Below, piece after piece: positions 52,140 to 63,700 of a stretch of 64,000 nucleotides of DNA. Position 1 is the first letter of the stretch, and every line of letters starts with the position of its first letter. This stretch comes from Eledone cirrhosa (Eukaryota): the NCBI GenBank assembly GCA_964016885.1, contig OZ024742.1, positions 267,220,001-267,284,000 of the forward strand, in the 5' to 3' direction. A program made the position numbers and the translations under genes. Under the pieces are notes generated by a model, which had not been told where the DNA came from, ran no database searches, and worked only from the letters and a program-made list of their open reading frames with translations.

Positions 52140-54350
52140 TATAAAGAAGGTAGAGAAGCCTGTAGATTCAACTAACAGTATCTAACTTGTATCATAAACT
52201 CTATTGAAGAATAAATATGGGAGACGATGGGGGAGTATATAACTACCTCTTTACGATTATTAATAGGGTGGGGTGTTGACAGTGTGATGTAGTATGCTTC
52301 TGTCAGACATAATTTCATTTCTTATTACTATTGTAGGTGGTGGCTCTAATAATAATATCCCAGCGGGTTGTATAGCTAGTACTCGAAATAACTAATTCAG
52401 TTATGTAATTAGCTAGAGAGGTAGTATTTCTTAGTTTATTTTTAATTTTTAAAAGAATGGAGGTTGGAATTAAACCTAGTCTTAAATTTGTTAGTTGCGC
52501 CGCTGATGTATGACTTAGTACTATCTTGGGTAATCACCGTGCATTTGAATACTACATTATTAAGGAGACATAATCCGCCTAGTGCGGAATTATCTGGAAT
52601 CCTTCAATTACAAATTATATTACAAATGATGAGTTAATATTGGGAAAATTTTGTTCGCGTAGTCTATTGCGAGCTAGCCTGGTTGGTATAGAAGTATCAT
52701 ATGTATTAGTATAATTGCTAGGGTTTATGAGTAAAGGGTTCTGAGGTAAAGTTGTTCTATCACGAATAGAGGTTCTAAATGTAGAGGATTTTTGTGGTTA
52801 CGAAAAGGAATATAGTTAGCTAAGTTAGGAGTTGTAGAATAAGAAATTTCAACATTGTTCTTATTAATTTATAGTATTTATGGTCAGTTGGTAAATATTT
52901 CTGTATGATAATAAAGAATATTTTAGGAATATTAGAGGCCAAGTTGCGGGAGTACGGATGATTATAGCAGGACAAATTACTTTTGCATGATTTAGTATTC
53001 TAATACTTAGGGATACAATCTAATTTATTATGGGGATAATTTTTAATAAGGTTATTTTTTCGCGAAATTATCCTTATTACAAACTTTACTTATAAGCTGT
53101 GTTTTTACAACTTTAGAGCCATTATTAAACTTAATTCTGAATGCATTGCAGGGTGTTGGCAGTATGCCGTCACCTTTATTTATATTATACATATAGTAAT
53201 TAGCAGGGTTTACAAATTTACTATGAGGTACTGTCTTAAGCTCGCTAGTATTATGGGTACTATTTGGGTTATTACTGATAAGGTGATTATTACTAGTGCT
53301 TTTGTATTTACAATTATTTTTATTCTTACTAATTTTAGAGTTACTAGTTTGTGATATTATGTTCGGGTTTATCAAGGTATTATTCGAATTAGTGTCTGGG
53401 ATGTAGGTGATTTTATTAACATAGTTTTATCTAGGAAGTGCTTCATTGTAGTGTCCCGCAGCATCATTGAAGATTTCCTCATTGGCAGAAAGTTTAGAGA
53501 TTGTATGTGAGACGCCCTTTACAATTCTATAAATGGTAGAAGGGAGGATGATTTGAGAACTGTTTACGTAAGAAAGGATCTCACGAGGCTTGTGGTTCGG
53601 GTGGCGTGTCCTCTATGTAACTCTAATGTTATGTCCAGGAAATTAACCACCTTATGATTAAACTCTATAATAACTGTTTCTACTCTTGGCACAAGGCCAG
53701 CAATTATCCAGCACATTACTGGCACTTTATTTTATTGACCCCGTAAGGATGAAAGGCCAAGTTTACCTCGACGGGATTTGAACTCAGACCGTAAAGGGAT
53801 GTAACTATGCTAGAAAGCATGGCATCCAACCCTCTACCGATATTGCCAATTTAAAGAATCTATGTAGATGAAGTTTTTTGATTTTTCTATCCTACGAGCT
53901 TATTGTTACTAACTGTAAACAAAGCGTTGCCTCTATGTAAGCGTCCCTGTAGTATAGGTAAATCCTCCTTTAGTTCATATAAGAGGTAGATCCCAACCAG
54001 ATCAGTTACATGTGCAGAGTCACTAGACCCAATTGTGATGTCAAAATTGTCAGGACGGTTAGCTTTAGTACAATAGGATACATCAGACTCAATTGCAGTA
54101 CGTTTAGTAGTGACTAATATATTTATGTTTTTTTTAGTTAGGTTAGTATAAACGTTAGCTAAGATTAAGGCCTTATTCAATAAGATAGTTAATTAGATAA
54201 GTTAATTACATATGAGATCCTTAAGAGCAAATATTGAGGGCATTGGTTTGTAAGGGCTAATATATTTATCATTATCTAAATCTGCAACAATACAATTTCC
54301 TAATTTATTAATATCCTTAAGTATATTAATATGTTTTGTTTTTGTAATTT
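52140..54350 (-). mobile_element. Naiad/Chlamys-type Penelope-like element, decayed (RT + GIY-YIG)
   Basis: FDITIGSSDSAHVTDLVGIYLL (cf. FDVTMGSxDGAExCELVG), KVVNFLDI, and GIY-YIG LGGLCLLNNVVFKCTV...SYISGATNKFKTR ... KLCLTEAYYI. Confidence 0.75.
53668..53851 (-). mobile_element. tRNA-derived SINE inserted into the Naiad-type RT
   Basis: Same family; interrupts the RT between the catalytic region and VNFLD. Confidence 0.85.
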
Positions 54351-55326
54351 TTATCTAGTTCTTTTAAAATAAACTATTTATACGTAGTAATATCAATCTT
54401 ATATAAGTTCTTATATAAATCTGTGACGAAGTCATCGTATAGGACCGAAAAATCTTCGATCGTTTTCCCATACACTCAATACTTTAATTAAGCCAGTATC
54501 GTTAAGATACTAACCAAAAGGCAAGCAGAGTGAGCCCTTATACATTGAATAGTGAGAAAAGCGATTTCGTGTTGGGAGAGAATTAGATACTCTCGTCCCA
54601 GATTAATGCATTAGTTCCCACAACTCTATCTGCTGGCGTCAGAAGAAAGCATGAACAGGAGACGGTTGTCTTTAATGTGTAGAAATATACAAGATCCCTA
54701 GCAGACAACTGATAAAGGAACAGTTTTTCCCGTTCATGCTTTCCTCTTATTTTTAAGTATACCTTATCCAGCAACTACTCTTCTTCATATATTTTATCAT
54801 ATTTCGCTGTGACCTGTCTTCTCTCTCCTTCTACCTACCTATTTTGTTGGTATCTACTCTTCCCCCTCCATCTTACTCTCCATTTCTCCCTCTCTCTTTC
54901 ACTCACCCTCTCTCTGCTAGCCACCTCATTTTTTCCCTCGCCTGACCCTCTAGCAGTCTCTTTTCTCACTCACACTTGCAGAAGTCAGCCTTGTCTTTTT
55001 TCTCGTCCGCACATACTCGAATTTATGTTCAGTAATTGTCGTTGACTTTAATTTTCATTCTTCGAGTTGCTCACACACTCTTAAGTTTGTTGTTTCCCGT
55101 TTCTTTTCTCTGTTTTTCTCTTTTCGCTTTTATTTGCTTTTCCCTTCTGTTATCCTATATTTTCTTTCTCTCTCTCCTTTTTACCCCCAATAACTTACCT
55201 TAGTTATTGAACGCACAGGGGGAGGGGGGCGGATCTTGTCTTTATTGCGTAGTGATATCCAAGACCCCCAGTAGTCAACTGATGAAGGAAAACTTTCTCC
55301 CATTCATGCTTTCTTATTATTTTTAA

Positions 55327-55327
55327 G

Positions 55328-55370
<43 letters not shown>
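55327..55370. repeat. (TATC)n microsatellite, left boundary of the Tx1 array
   Basis: Seen directly; further (TATC)n tracts at 56121-56145 and 58641-58714. Confidence 0.97.
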
Positions 55371-56120
55371 AGGGGCTTTACCCGTTCGAGAAAGGCTCTA
55401 CAGACACGGGCGCCCGGGTAGGGACCCCGCCAAAAAGATCTGTCCCAGATGCGTGTGCGACGAGGAAACCGTTGCACACGCATTGGTACACTGCTCGGGC
55501 GTAGCCGATCTGTGGGGCTATGTCGAACAACTGCTGTCAAGGGTGGGACCGATCCGGTTGACCACCGAGTCTATTGTAATGATCAAGCCGCCTCCCCCCT
55601 TCAAAGATGAAGCAGAGGCGGTGTTTCTGTGCGTAATAGCCATGGCGAAAGAGGTTGTATGGTGGACGCGTCTGAAAGGACTGAGGTCAGGCACCTTTCT
55701 CTCTGGCCAACAACTGGTCCGTTTCTTCCGATATCATTTCGGAAGAAGGATCAGGATGGAGAGAGAGGTGCTGCACCCCAGCCGTTTCTATGAAAGATGG
55801 GTGAAAGTGGCGAGAATGGCCCGTGTGAATGGGCCTTCACTCTACATCAGACTATAGGTGAGGAAGATGAAAGACCAAGGGAGCACCCCTTCTCTGTGCT
55901 CCTGAGGAGAAGGGTTGCACACTTTTTTCGGGGGTGTGTGCGACCCCCCAAGGCGCCTCCTCTCTATTGAGGATTTTGTTAAAAATTTTATTTTTTGTTA
56001 TATCTTATTTTATTTTTATATTTTGTTATTGCCTCCTCCTTATTGAGGACGCCTTTTTGTGTAAACTCCCCCCTTTGTACTTGTCCCACTTTTGATGCCC
56101 TAGTGGCAAATAAAAGAAAC
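55371..56120 (+). mobile_element. Tx1-clade LINE copy A, 5'-truncated (750 bp)
   Basis: Almost identical to 57891-58640; bounded by (TATC)n on both sides. Confidence 0.92.
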
Positions 56121-56145
56121 ATATCTATCTATCTATCTATCTATC

Positions 56146-58377
56146 GCCCGACTGTTCGGGAGGGGCGGGGAGCCGGATGGGAACGTGGACTTCGGTCCAT
56201 ACCTCGACGGCCTGCCGCGCCTCTCGGACAGGGAGGCGAAGTCCTGCGAGGAGCCGATTTCGGCCGCTGAGATAGAGGACGTGCTGAGCCAATGCGGCAA
56301 ACGCAAATCCCCGGGTCTCGATGGTCTTCCTTACGAATTATATCTAGCTATGCCGGACTTGTTCCCCGATCTCCTCGAGGCGGTCTACTGCAACTGGCAA
56401 CAGAATGGGAGAATTCCCTGTACTGTGACCAAGGGCGTAGTCACGCTAGTGAGGAAGGACGAGAACAAGGGGGACGAAATAAGTAACTTCAGGCCCATAA
56501 CTCTGCTAAATACAGAGTTACAGATTTTGGCCAAGGTGCTAGCAAAGAGGTTGGCGCTTGTCGTGGGCAACCTGGTGGGAGATGCGCAGACATGCGCTAT
56601 CCCGTCCAGGTCCATCCATGACAACCTCCACCTCATGCGATACATCATAGAGAGGGTTGGGAACGAACCCGGCTTTGGTGGGGCTCTGATCAACTTGGAT
56701 CAATCTAAGGCGTTCGATAGGGTCGACCATGGTTACCTGGATGCGGTGCTAGCGGCGGCAGGCTTCGGACCCGTTTTCAGGGGCTGGATCACTGCTATGC
56801 ACAGCAGCCGCATCTGCTCTAGGGTCAAGGTGAACGGCTACCTCTCGGAGCCGTTCAAAATCGCGCGGTCCATCCGACAGGGGTGCCCTCTCTCCTCCCT
56901 TCTGTATGTGTTGACTCTCGAGCCACTACTGCGGAAGTTGGAGTTGTTGCAGGGCATCCCTTTGGAACCGGGATTGCGGAAAGCGGTGTCGGCCTACGCC
57001 GATGACGTGACAGTAATGGTGTCGACGGCCTCCGAAATCGAGGCGGTCGGCACCTTACTGGAGGAGTACGAAAAGTTCACAGGGGCTAAGCTGAACCGGG
57101 ACAAGTCGATCGGTTTGCAACTCGGCACGTGGAGGGGCAGACCGATGCCCTCCGATGGCGTCGTCGGACGCTGGACGGAGGGCCCGGTGAAGTTGCTCGG
57201 GGTCTGGTTCGGACCGGACCTCCAGGTGGAGAAAAACTGGGCGGAGGTTACGAACAGGGTGTTTGCACTGACCCAGAAGTGGGCCAGTTGCAAACTATCC
57301 CTGAAAGGTCGGGCGGAGGTGGCGAACACCTACATAGCGTCCGTCATCTACTACCGCCTGACCGTAGTGCCCTGCCCAAGGGAAACCCTCACCAAGATGG
57401 AGCGCGCGCTCTTCCAATTCCTTTGGAAGAGGCGGGCTCCTATGGTGAGGAGATCCATCTGCTGTCAACACCCTTCGAAAGGAGGGCTGGGGATGCCGTG
57501 GCTAATGATGCGTAAACACGCATTAAGGCTACGGCACCTCTACGTATTCCTCACCGGACAACCGGTGTGGGCCTCGTTTGTGAGGCGAACCTTTCCCAGA
57601 CTCGTCTCACTCACCGAGCTGCAATCCTGGGTCAAGCAAAGACCGAGAAAACTGGGCGCCTGGCACACTGAGTGTGCCCAGGCGCTCACCGCCTTCTGGC
57701 AGGCGGATCCGGTTATCAGTGGAGACTCCACCGCAACATTCTATAGAGGGCTGGTACGCAGCAGGTGCGACGACGCCCTCGGAGAAGCCCTAGACATGGA
57801 GGAGGACGAACTGGCCAGCCTGTTCGGTAGGACATTCAGCCCGGGACCTATGGACAACTTCCAGAAGTCCCTGGCCTGGCAGTGCTACCGAGGGGCTTTA
57901 CCCGTTCGAGAAAGGCTCTACAGACACGGGCGCCCGGGTAGGGACCCCGCCAAAAAGATCTGTCCCAGATGCGTGTGCGACGAGGAAACCGTTGCACACG
58001 CATTGGTACACTGCTCGGGCGTAGCCGATCTGTGGGGCTATGTCGAACAACTGCTGTCAAGGGTGGAACCGATCCGGTTGACCACCGAGTCTATTGTAAT
58101 GATCAAGCCGCCTCCCCCCTTCAAAGATGAAGCAGAGGCGGTGTTTCTGTGCGTAATAGCCATGGCGAAAGAGGTTGTATGGTGGACGCGTCTGAAAGGA
58201 CTGAGGTCAGGCACCTTTCTCTCTGGCCAACAACTGGTCCGTTTCTTCCGATATCATTTCGGAAGAAGGATCAGGATGGAGAGAGAGGTGCTGCACCCCA
58301 GCCGTTTCTATGAAAGATGGGTGAAAGTGGCGAGAATGGCCCGTGTGAATGGGCCTTCACTCTACATCAGACTATAG
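56146..58377 (+). CDS. Truncated ORF2: reverse transcriptase + C-terminal CCHC zinc finger (open frame, no genuine start)
   Basis: KSPGLDGLPYE, NFRPITLLN, LDQSKAFDRV, IRQGCPLS, AYADD, KLLGV, HPSKGGLG and CPRC-x8-H-x4-C. Confidence 0.9.
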   Translation, partial: ARLFGRGGEPDGNVDFGPYLDGLPRLSDREAKSCEEPISAAEIEDVLSQCGKRKSPGLDGLPYELYLAMPDLFPDLLEAVYCNWQQNGRIPCTVTKGVVTLVRKDENKGDEISNFRPITLLNTELQILAKVLAKRLALVVGNLVGDAQTCAIPSRSIHDNLHLMRYIIERVGNEPGFGGALINLDQSKAFDRVDHGYLDAVLAAAGFGPVFRGWITAMHSSRICSRVKVNGYLSEPFKIARSIRQGCPLSSLLYVLTLEPLLRKLELLQGIPLEPGLRKAVSAYADDVTVMVSTASEIEAVGTLLEEYEKFTGAKLNRDKSIGLQLGTWRGRPMPSDGVVGRWTEGPVKLLGVWFGPDLQVEKNWAEVTNRVFALTQKWASCKLSLKGRAEVANTYIASVIYYRLTVVPCPRETLTKMERALFQFLWKRRAPMVRRSICCQHPSKGGLGMPWLMMRKHALRLRHLYVFLTGQPVWASFVRRTFPRLVSLTELQSWVKQRPRKLGAWHTECAQALTAFWQADPVISGDSTATFYRGLVRSRCDDALGEALDMEEDELASLFGRTFSPGPMDNFQKSLAWQCYRGALPVRERLYRHGRPGRDPAKKICPRCVCDEETVAHALVHCSGVADLWGYVEQLLSRVEPIRLTTESIVMIKPPPPFKDEAEAVFLCVIAMAKEVVWWTRLKGLRSGTFLSGQQLVRFFRYHFGRRIRMEREVLHPSRFYERWVKVARMARVNGPSLYIRL

Positions 58378-58640
58378 GTGAGGAAGATGAAAGACCAAGG
58401 GAGCACCCCTTCTCTGTGCTCCTGAGGAGAAGGGTTGCACACTTTTTTCGGGGGTGTGTGCGACCCCCCAAGGCGCCTCCTCTCTATTGAGGATTTTGTT
58501 AAAAATTTTATTTTTTGTTATATCTTATTTTATTTTTATATTTTGTTATTGCCTCCTCCTTATTGAGGACGCCTTTTTGTGTAAACTCCCCCCTTTGTAC
58601 TTGTCCCACTTTTGATGCCCTAGTGGCAAATAAAAGAAAT
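56146..58640 (+). mobile_element. Tx1-clade LINE copy B, 5'-truncated (~2.5 kb)
   Basis: Starts abruptly at the position equivalent to 61946 of copy C; bounded by (TATC)n. Confidence 0.93.
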
Positions 58641-58641
58641 A

Positions 58642-58714
<73 letters not shown>

Positions 58715-58927
58715 CTGGGATGGACACACGCGTATAACTTGCTGAGTAAGTTCTGTTTAAATTTCTATAGAAATTCTTGTCTGATAACTTTAATTTTTGT
58801 ACCATTTTGTAGAGGGACTGCCAGGTCAAACTTTGATCTGGTCAGTCTCTCAAAATATTCTACGCCTTTAGGCGAAATAGTTAAACAAAAAAAAGTTTTT
58901 TCTTGTTGAAAAGTCAATATTTTTTAA

Positions 58928-60715
58928 ATGGCCGAAGCTTCTTCACCAAAATTCGAAGGAGGAAAGGGGAAGATGAACTTACAGCTTCCCCCTGCCACTG
59001 TCACAGTAGCAGAGGTCAAGAAGAAAGGTCAGCCAGAGGAAGAATTCTCTCCACCTGTTAACCGACAACTTGACGTTGCCATGGCAACAACTCAAAGAAC
59101 CAGCAGCAACAGCAACAACAACAATGCGACGGACGAAAACAACACCAATAACAATAACAATAACAACAACAAGACCAATAACGGTGACAACAACAACAAT
59201 GATAACAACAACACCACCAACGACAACAACAACACAAACAAACAAAATTTCTCCTTCGCCGAGACGACAAGGAAAACCCTCGACTATCTGCCAGTAGATA
59301 TAACAAAAGCGAAGGAGCTACTGGCGGATGCGAAAAAATATATAGTGTACGGGGAAAATGGTTCATTCACAATCCATTCCCCCCCGGAACTAAAAAGCCA
59401 GAGACTCCTAAACACGGTCATGTTTAGGACAATCTCGAACAAAAGTAAAAAACCAGCTCAACCATCACAGAGCGAGATAGAGCTGGTTTTAAAAGACGTC
59501 ATGAAGGACATCACCTTCATTCAGAAGGATAGACTCTACGGGAGTCTATCCATTCTCATGAAGGACAGGGACACAGCAGTGAAACTGTCCATCAAACCAA
59601 TCACATCCACCGCATACACCTTCTACCCTACGTACATGGGTAGAAGAACACAAAAAATAAAAATCCACACCATCCTGCCGATTATGGACATATGGTGGGT
59701 TTTGACAGGTTTTCTGGACCTGGAGGATGACATGCTGGTGTCCATGGGAAAGGCATCGGGTGACGCGTTCAGTGGAACGAGCCTCGAACTTGTAGTTCAA
59801 ATGAGGCCCGAAAGGATCGCCCAGATCCCTGAACGCGTCATACTGGATGATCTAACCTTCATCAACATTACCGTTGAGGGTAGACGGCCCTCGTGTTACC
59901 TCTGCGGAACCAGAGGTCACCTGAGGGCTGTCTGTCCCCAACTTAATAAGAAAACCCCAATCCTGCCTACACCACCAACAACTGCACAACCAACACAATC
60001 ACCACAACTACCACTACAAAAACAACCACCACAGCTCAAACCAAAACAAAACAATGTCCAACCCATCCCCTCCACTCAAAAAACAAAAACAATTTCCAAA
60101 ACACCCGTACCGCAAACACAACCCGAAAATATACCCCTCCCCTCCAACGCGGAAGATGACCCTAGTTCGTCGTCAGACGAGGAGGAGCACTTCCACACAA
60201 TCAAAAGAAAAAAAAGAAAACACACCTCAGACACACAAATGAAAAAAACCCCTCCCCAAAACATAACACTGACACCAACACAAAAGAGCTCACAACAACA
60301 GCAAACAAAAAACACCACACAAAAACAAAAACATGCATACACATACATAAATACAAGAAACAAAAAACTGTTAAACATTGTGTACAACAACAATCTAATA
60401 AAAACACAAGGGCCTAACTTCACCCAGGCAGGGGATTTCCCCCACCTCAAAATGATTAAGGCCCCACAGGACACCTATAAAACTTTAAAAAACAATTTTA
60501 AAGAGGACGTGGGTCCCCCCTGCGTCGGGCCCATTAACCGCGTCCTCCTAAAAAACTATCCCACCCCCTCCCCAAACACCCACACAACTCCAAGCTCCCC
60601 AACCACACATCACACTGATGCCCCCACACTTCCACAAACCACCACCCCACCCAACAACCCATCCCCCACCCTAATGGAAATTGTGCAGCCCGATACCCGG
60701 GACGCAGAGAGGTAA
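58928..60715 (+). CDS. LINE ORF1 gag-like nucleic-acid-binding protein (595 aa)
   Basis: ATG-initiated, poly-Asn tract, CCHC knuckle CYLCGTRGHLRAVC, Pro/Gln/Thr-rich tail, basic KRKKRK; lies immediately upstream of ORF2. Confidence 0.9.
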   Translation: MAEASSPKFEGGKGKMNLQLPPATVTVAEVKKKGQPEEEFSPPVNRQLDVAMATTQRTSSNSNNNNATDENNTNNNNNNNNKTNNGDNNNNDNNNTTNDNNNTNKQNFSFAETTRKTLDYLPVDITKAKELLADAKKYIVYGENGSFTIHSPPELKSQRLLNTVMFRTISNKSKKPAQPSQSEIELVLKDVMKDITFIQKDRLYGSLSILMKDRDTAVKLSIKPITSTAYTFYPTYMGRRTQKIKIHTILPIMDIWWVLTGFLDLEDDMLVSMGKASGDAFSGTSLELVVQMRPERIAQIPERVILDDLTFINITVEGRRPSCYLCGTRGHLRAVCPQLNKKTPILPTPPTTAQPTQSPQLPLQKQPPQLKPKQNNVQPIPSTQKTKTISKTPVPQTQPENIPLPSNAEDDPSSSSDEEEHFHTIKRKKRKHTSDTQMKKTPPQNITLTPTQKSSQQQQTKNTTQKQKHAYTYINTRNKKLLNIVYNNNLIKTQGPNFTQAGDFPHLKMIKAPQDTYKTLKNNFKEDVGPPCVGPINRVLLKNYPTPSPNTHTTPSSPTTHHTDAPTLPQTTTPPNNPSPTLMEIVQPDTRDAER

Positions 60716-60739
60716 GTGCCTTTTCTCTTCACTACCAAC

Positions 60740-63700
60740 ATGGCTATGCTAAGAGTAGGCTGTTTAAATGCGCGTGGCCTGGGCTCAACTTGGAAGCAAG
60801 CAATGCTTCTAAATGACCTCAGGTCACAACGTATAGATGTGATGGTTATTTGCGAGGCCCGGATCAGCAACGTGCGACAGCTGGCCCCCGCCTTTGATGA
60901 CTTTGAGATGCACGCATCTCTCTGTCAGCCCGGAGGCGGGGGTGGAGTTGTCGTTCTGCTGCAAAAACATCTGGGTCTCGCAACACAGATGGTACATTTG
61001 GACCCGGAGGGTCTACTAGTGGTTCTGGACCTTGGCAGTGGTAAAGGTGGAGCGTTTAGGTTGGTAGCCGCCTACGGCCCTTTCGGGTCAATGCGGCCGG
61101 ACTTCTTCCATCGTCTGGAGACTTTTCTAGGGACGTCCCGCTCCTTGCTATTAGTGGGGGACTGGAATGGTATCCTAGATGCACGCTGGGACTACGTAGG
61201 GGCCTGCCCCGATAGAGAGGGGTGTAATAGCCTCAAAGGGTTAATCGGTCGATTTGACCTGGCCGATAGATATCGACTAGATTTTCCGACTGCGCCAACC
61301 TGGACTTGGGCAAATCGTAGCGGATCATCTAGGTCGTACCTAGATAGGTTCTTAGTTAGAATTAAGGATAAGGACTTTTTAAGTTGTCCAAAAATGCGCA
61401 TGGTTGGCTATTCAGACCACAAATTAGTGACCTGCATGGTCAACCTTGACAGAACTCATAGACAGGGCCCCGGTTACTGGAAGCTCAACTTGTCCTTGCC
61501 GGCAAGTAGAGCCTACAGGAATCGGATTAGTACGTTAGTTAAGGAACGGTTGACTGGAGCGATCGTCAACAGCAGGTGGTGGGTATCTCTAAAGAGAGAG
61601 ATTAGAGTAGTCTCGATTGAATTTAGTAAGGTTCTAGCTGCGGATAGGAATAGGAAGGAAAGGGAGCTAATAGATAGAGTAGAAGAGGCAATTAGAAGCG
61701 GCGACGTGGCCAGAGTGCTAGCGTCGAGAACGGCTTTGAGCCAGTTTTTCGACGCGAAGCACGAAGGCTGCGTTGTCCGAAGTAAAATACGTGCTCTAGG
61801 GAACGAGGGGGCCAAAGCTGTTAGCTGGGCCCGCGTGACAGAGGCCAACAGTGGAACTAAATCCACCATCCGGTCTTTGCGAGACCTGGATGGACGGGCG
61901 ATTCTTGAGCCTAAGCAGATGTGTGAGGCCTTTCAAAGGCACTTTGCCCGACTGTTCGGGAGGGGCGGGGAGCCGGTTGGGAACGTGGACTTCGGTCCAT
62001 ACCTCGACGGCCTGCCGCGCCTCTCGGACAGGGAGGCGAAGTCCTGCGAGGAGCCGATTTCGGCCGCTGAGATAGAGGACGTGCTGAGCCAATGCGGCAA
62101 ACGCAAATCCCCGGGTCTCGATGGTCTTCCTTACGAATTATATCTAGCTATGCCGGACTTGTTCCCCGATCTCCTCGAGGCGGTCTACTGCAACTGGCAA
62201 CAGAACGGGAGAATTCCCTGTACTGTGACCAAGGGCGTAGTCACGCTAGTGAGGAAGGACGAGAACAAGGGGGACGAAATAAGTAACTTCAGGCCCATAA
62301 CTCTGCTAAATACAGAGTTACAGATTTTGGCCAAGGTGCTAGCAAAGAGGTTGGCGCTTGTCGTGGGCAACCTGGTGGGAGATGCGCAGACATGCGCTAT
62401 CCCGTCCAGGTCCATCCATGACAACCTCCACCTCATGCGATACATCATAGAGAGGGTTGGGAACGAACCCGGCTTTGGTGGGGCTCTGATCAACTTGGAT
62501 CAATCTAAGGCGTTCGATAGGGTCGACCATGGTTACCTGGATGCGGTGCTAGCGGCGGCAGGCTTCGGACCCGTTTTCAGGGGCTGGATCACTGCTATGC
62601 ACAGCAGCCGCATCTGCTCTAGGGTCAAGGTGAACGGCTACCTCTCGGAGCCGTTCAAAATCGCGCGGTCCATCCGACAAGGGTGCCCTCTCTCCTCCCT
62701 TCTGTATGTGTTGACTCTCGAGCCACTACTGCGGAAGTTGGAGTTGTTGCAGGGCATCCCTTTGGAACCGGGATTGCGGAAAGCGGTGTCAGCCTACGCC
62801 GATGATGTGACAGTAATGGTGTCAACGGCCTCCGAAATCGAGGCGGTCGGCACCTTACTGGAGGAGTACGAAAAGTTCACAGGGGCTAAGCTGAACCGGG
62901 ACAAGTCGATCGGTTTGCAACTCGGCACGTGGAGGGGCAGACCGATGCCCTCTGATGGCGTCGTCGGACGCTGGACGGAGGGCCCGGTGAAGTTGCTCGG
63001 GGTCTGGTTCGGACCGGACCTCCAGGTGGAGAAAAACTGGGCGGAGGTTACGAACAGGGTGTTTGCACTGACCCAGAAGTGGGCCAGTTGCAAACTATCC
63101 CTGAAAGGTCGGGCGGAGGTGGCGAACACTTATATAGCGTCCGTCATCTACTACCGCCTGACCGTAGTGCCCTGCCCAAGGGAAACCCTCACCAAGATGG
63201 AGCGCGCGCTCTTCCAATTCCTTTGGAAGAGGCGGGCTCCTATGGTGAGGAGATCCATCTGCTGTCAACACCCTTCGAAAGGAGGGCTGGGGATGCCGTG
63301 GCTAATGATGCGTAAACACGCATTAAGGCTACGGCACCTCTACGTATTCCTCACCGGACAACCGGTGTGGGCCTCGTTTGTGAGACGAACCTTTCCCAGA
63401 CTCGTCTCACTCACCGAGCTGCAATCCTGGGTCAAGCAAAGACCGAGAAAACTGGGCGCCTGGCACACTGAGTGTGCCCAGGCGCTCACCGCCCTCTGGC
63501 AGGCGGATCCGGTTATCAGTGGAGACTCCACCGCAACATTCTATAGAGGGCTGGTACGCAGCAGGTGCGACGACGCCCTCGGAGAAGCCCTAGACATGGA
63601 GGAGGACGAACTGGCCAGCCTGTTCGGTAGGACATTCAGCCCGGGACCTATGGACAACTTCCAGAAGTCCCTGGCCTGGCAGTGCTACCGAGGGGCTTTA

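Noticed and set aside
54422-54455. Hammerhead-like gtgacgaag..gac-cgaaa
   Set aside because: The core lacks the initial C and there is no stem I or III; too degenerate to call.
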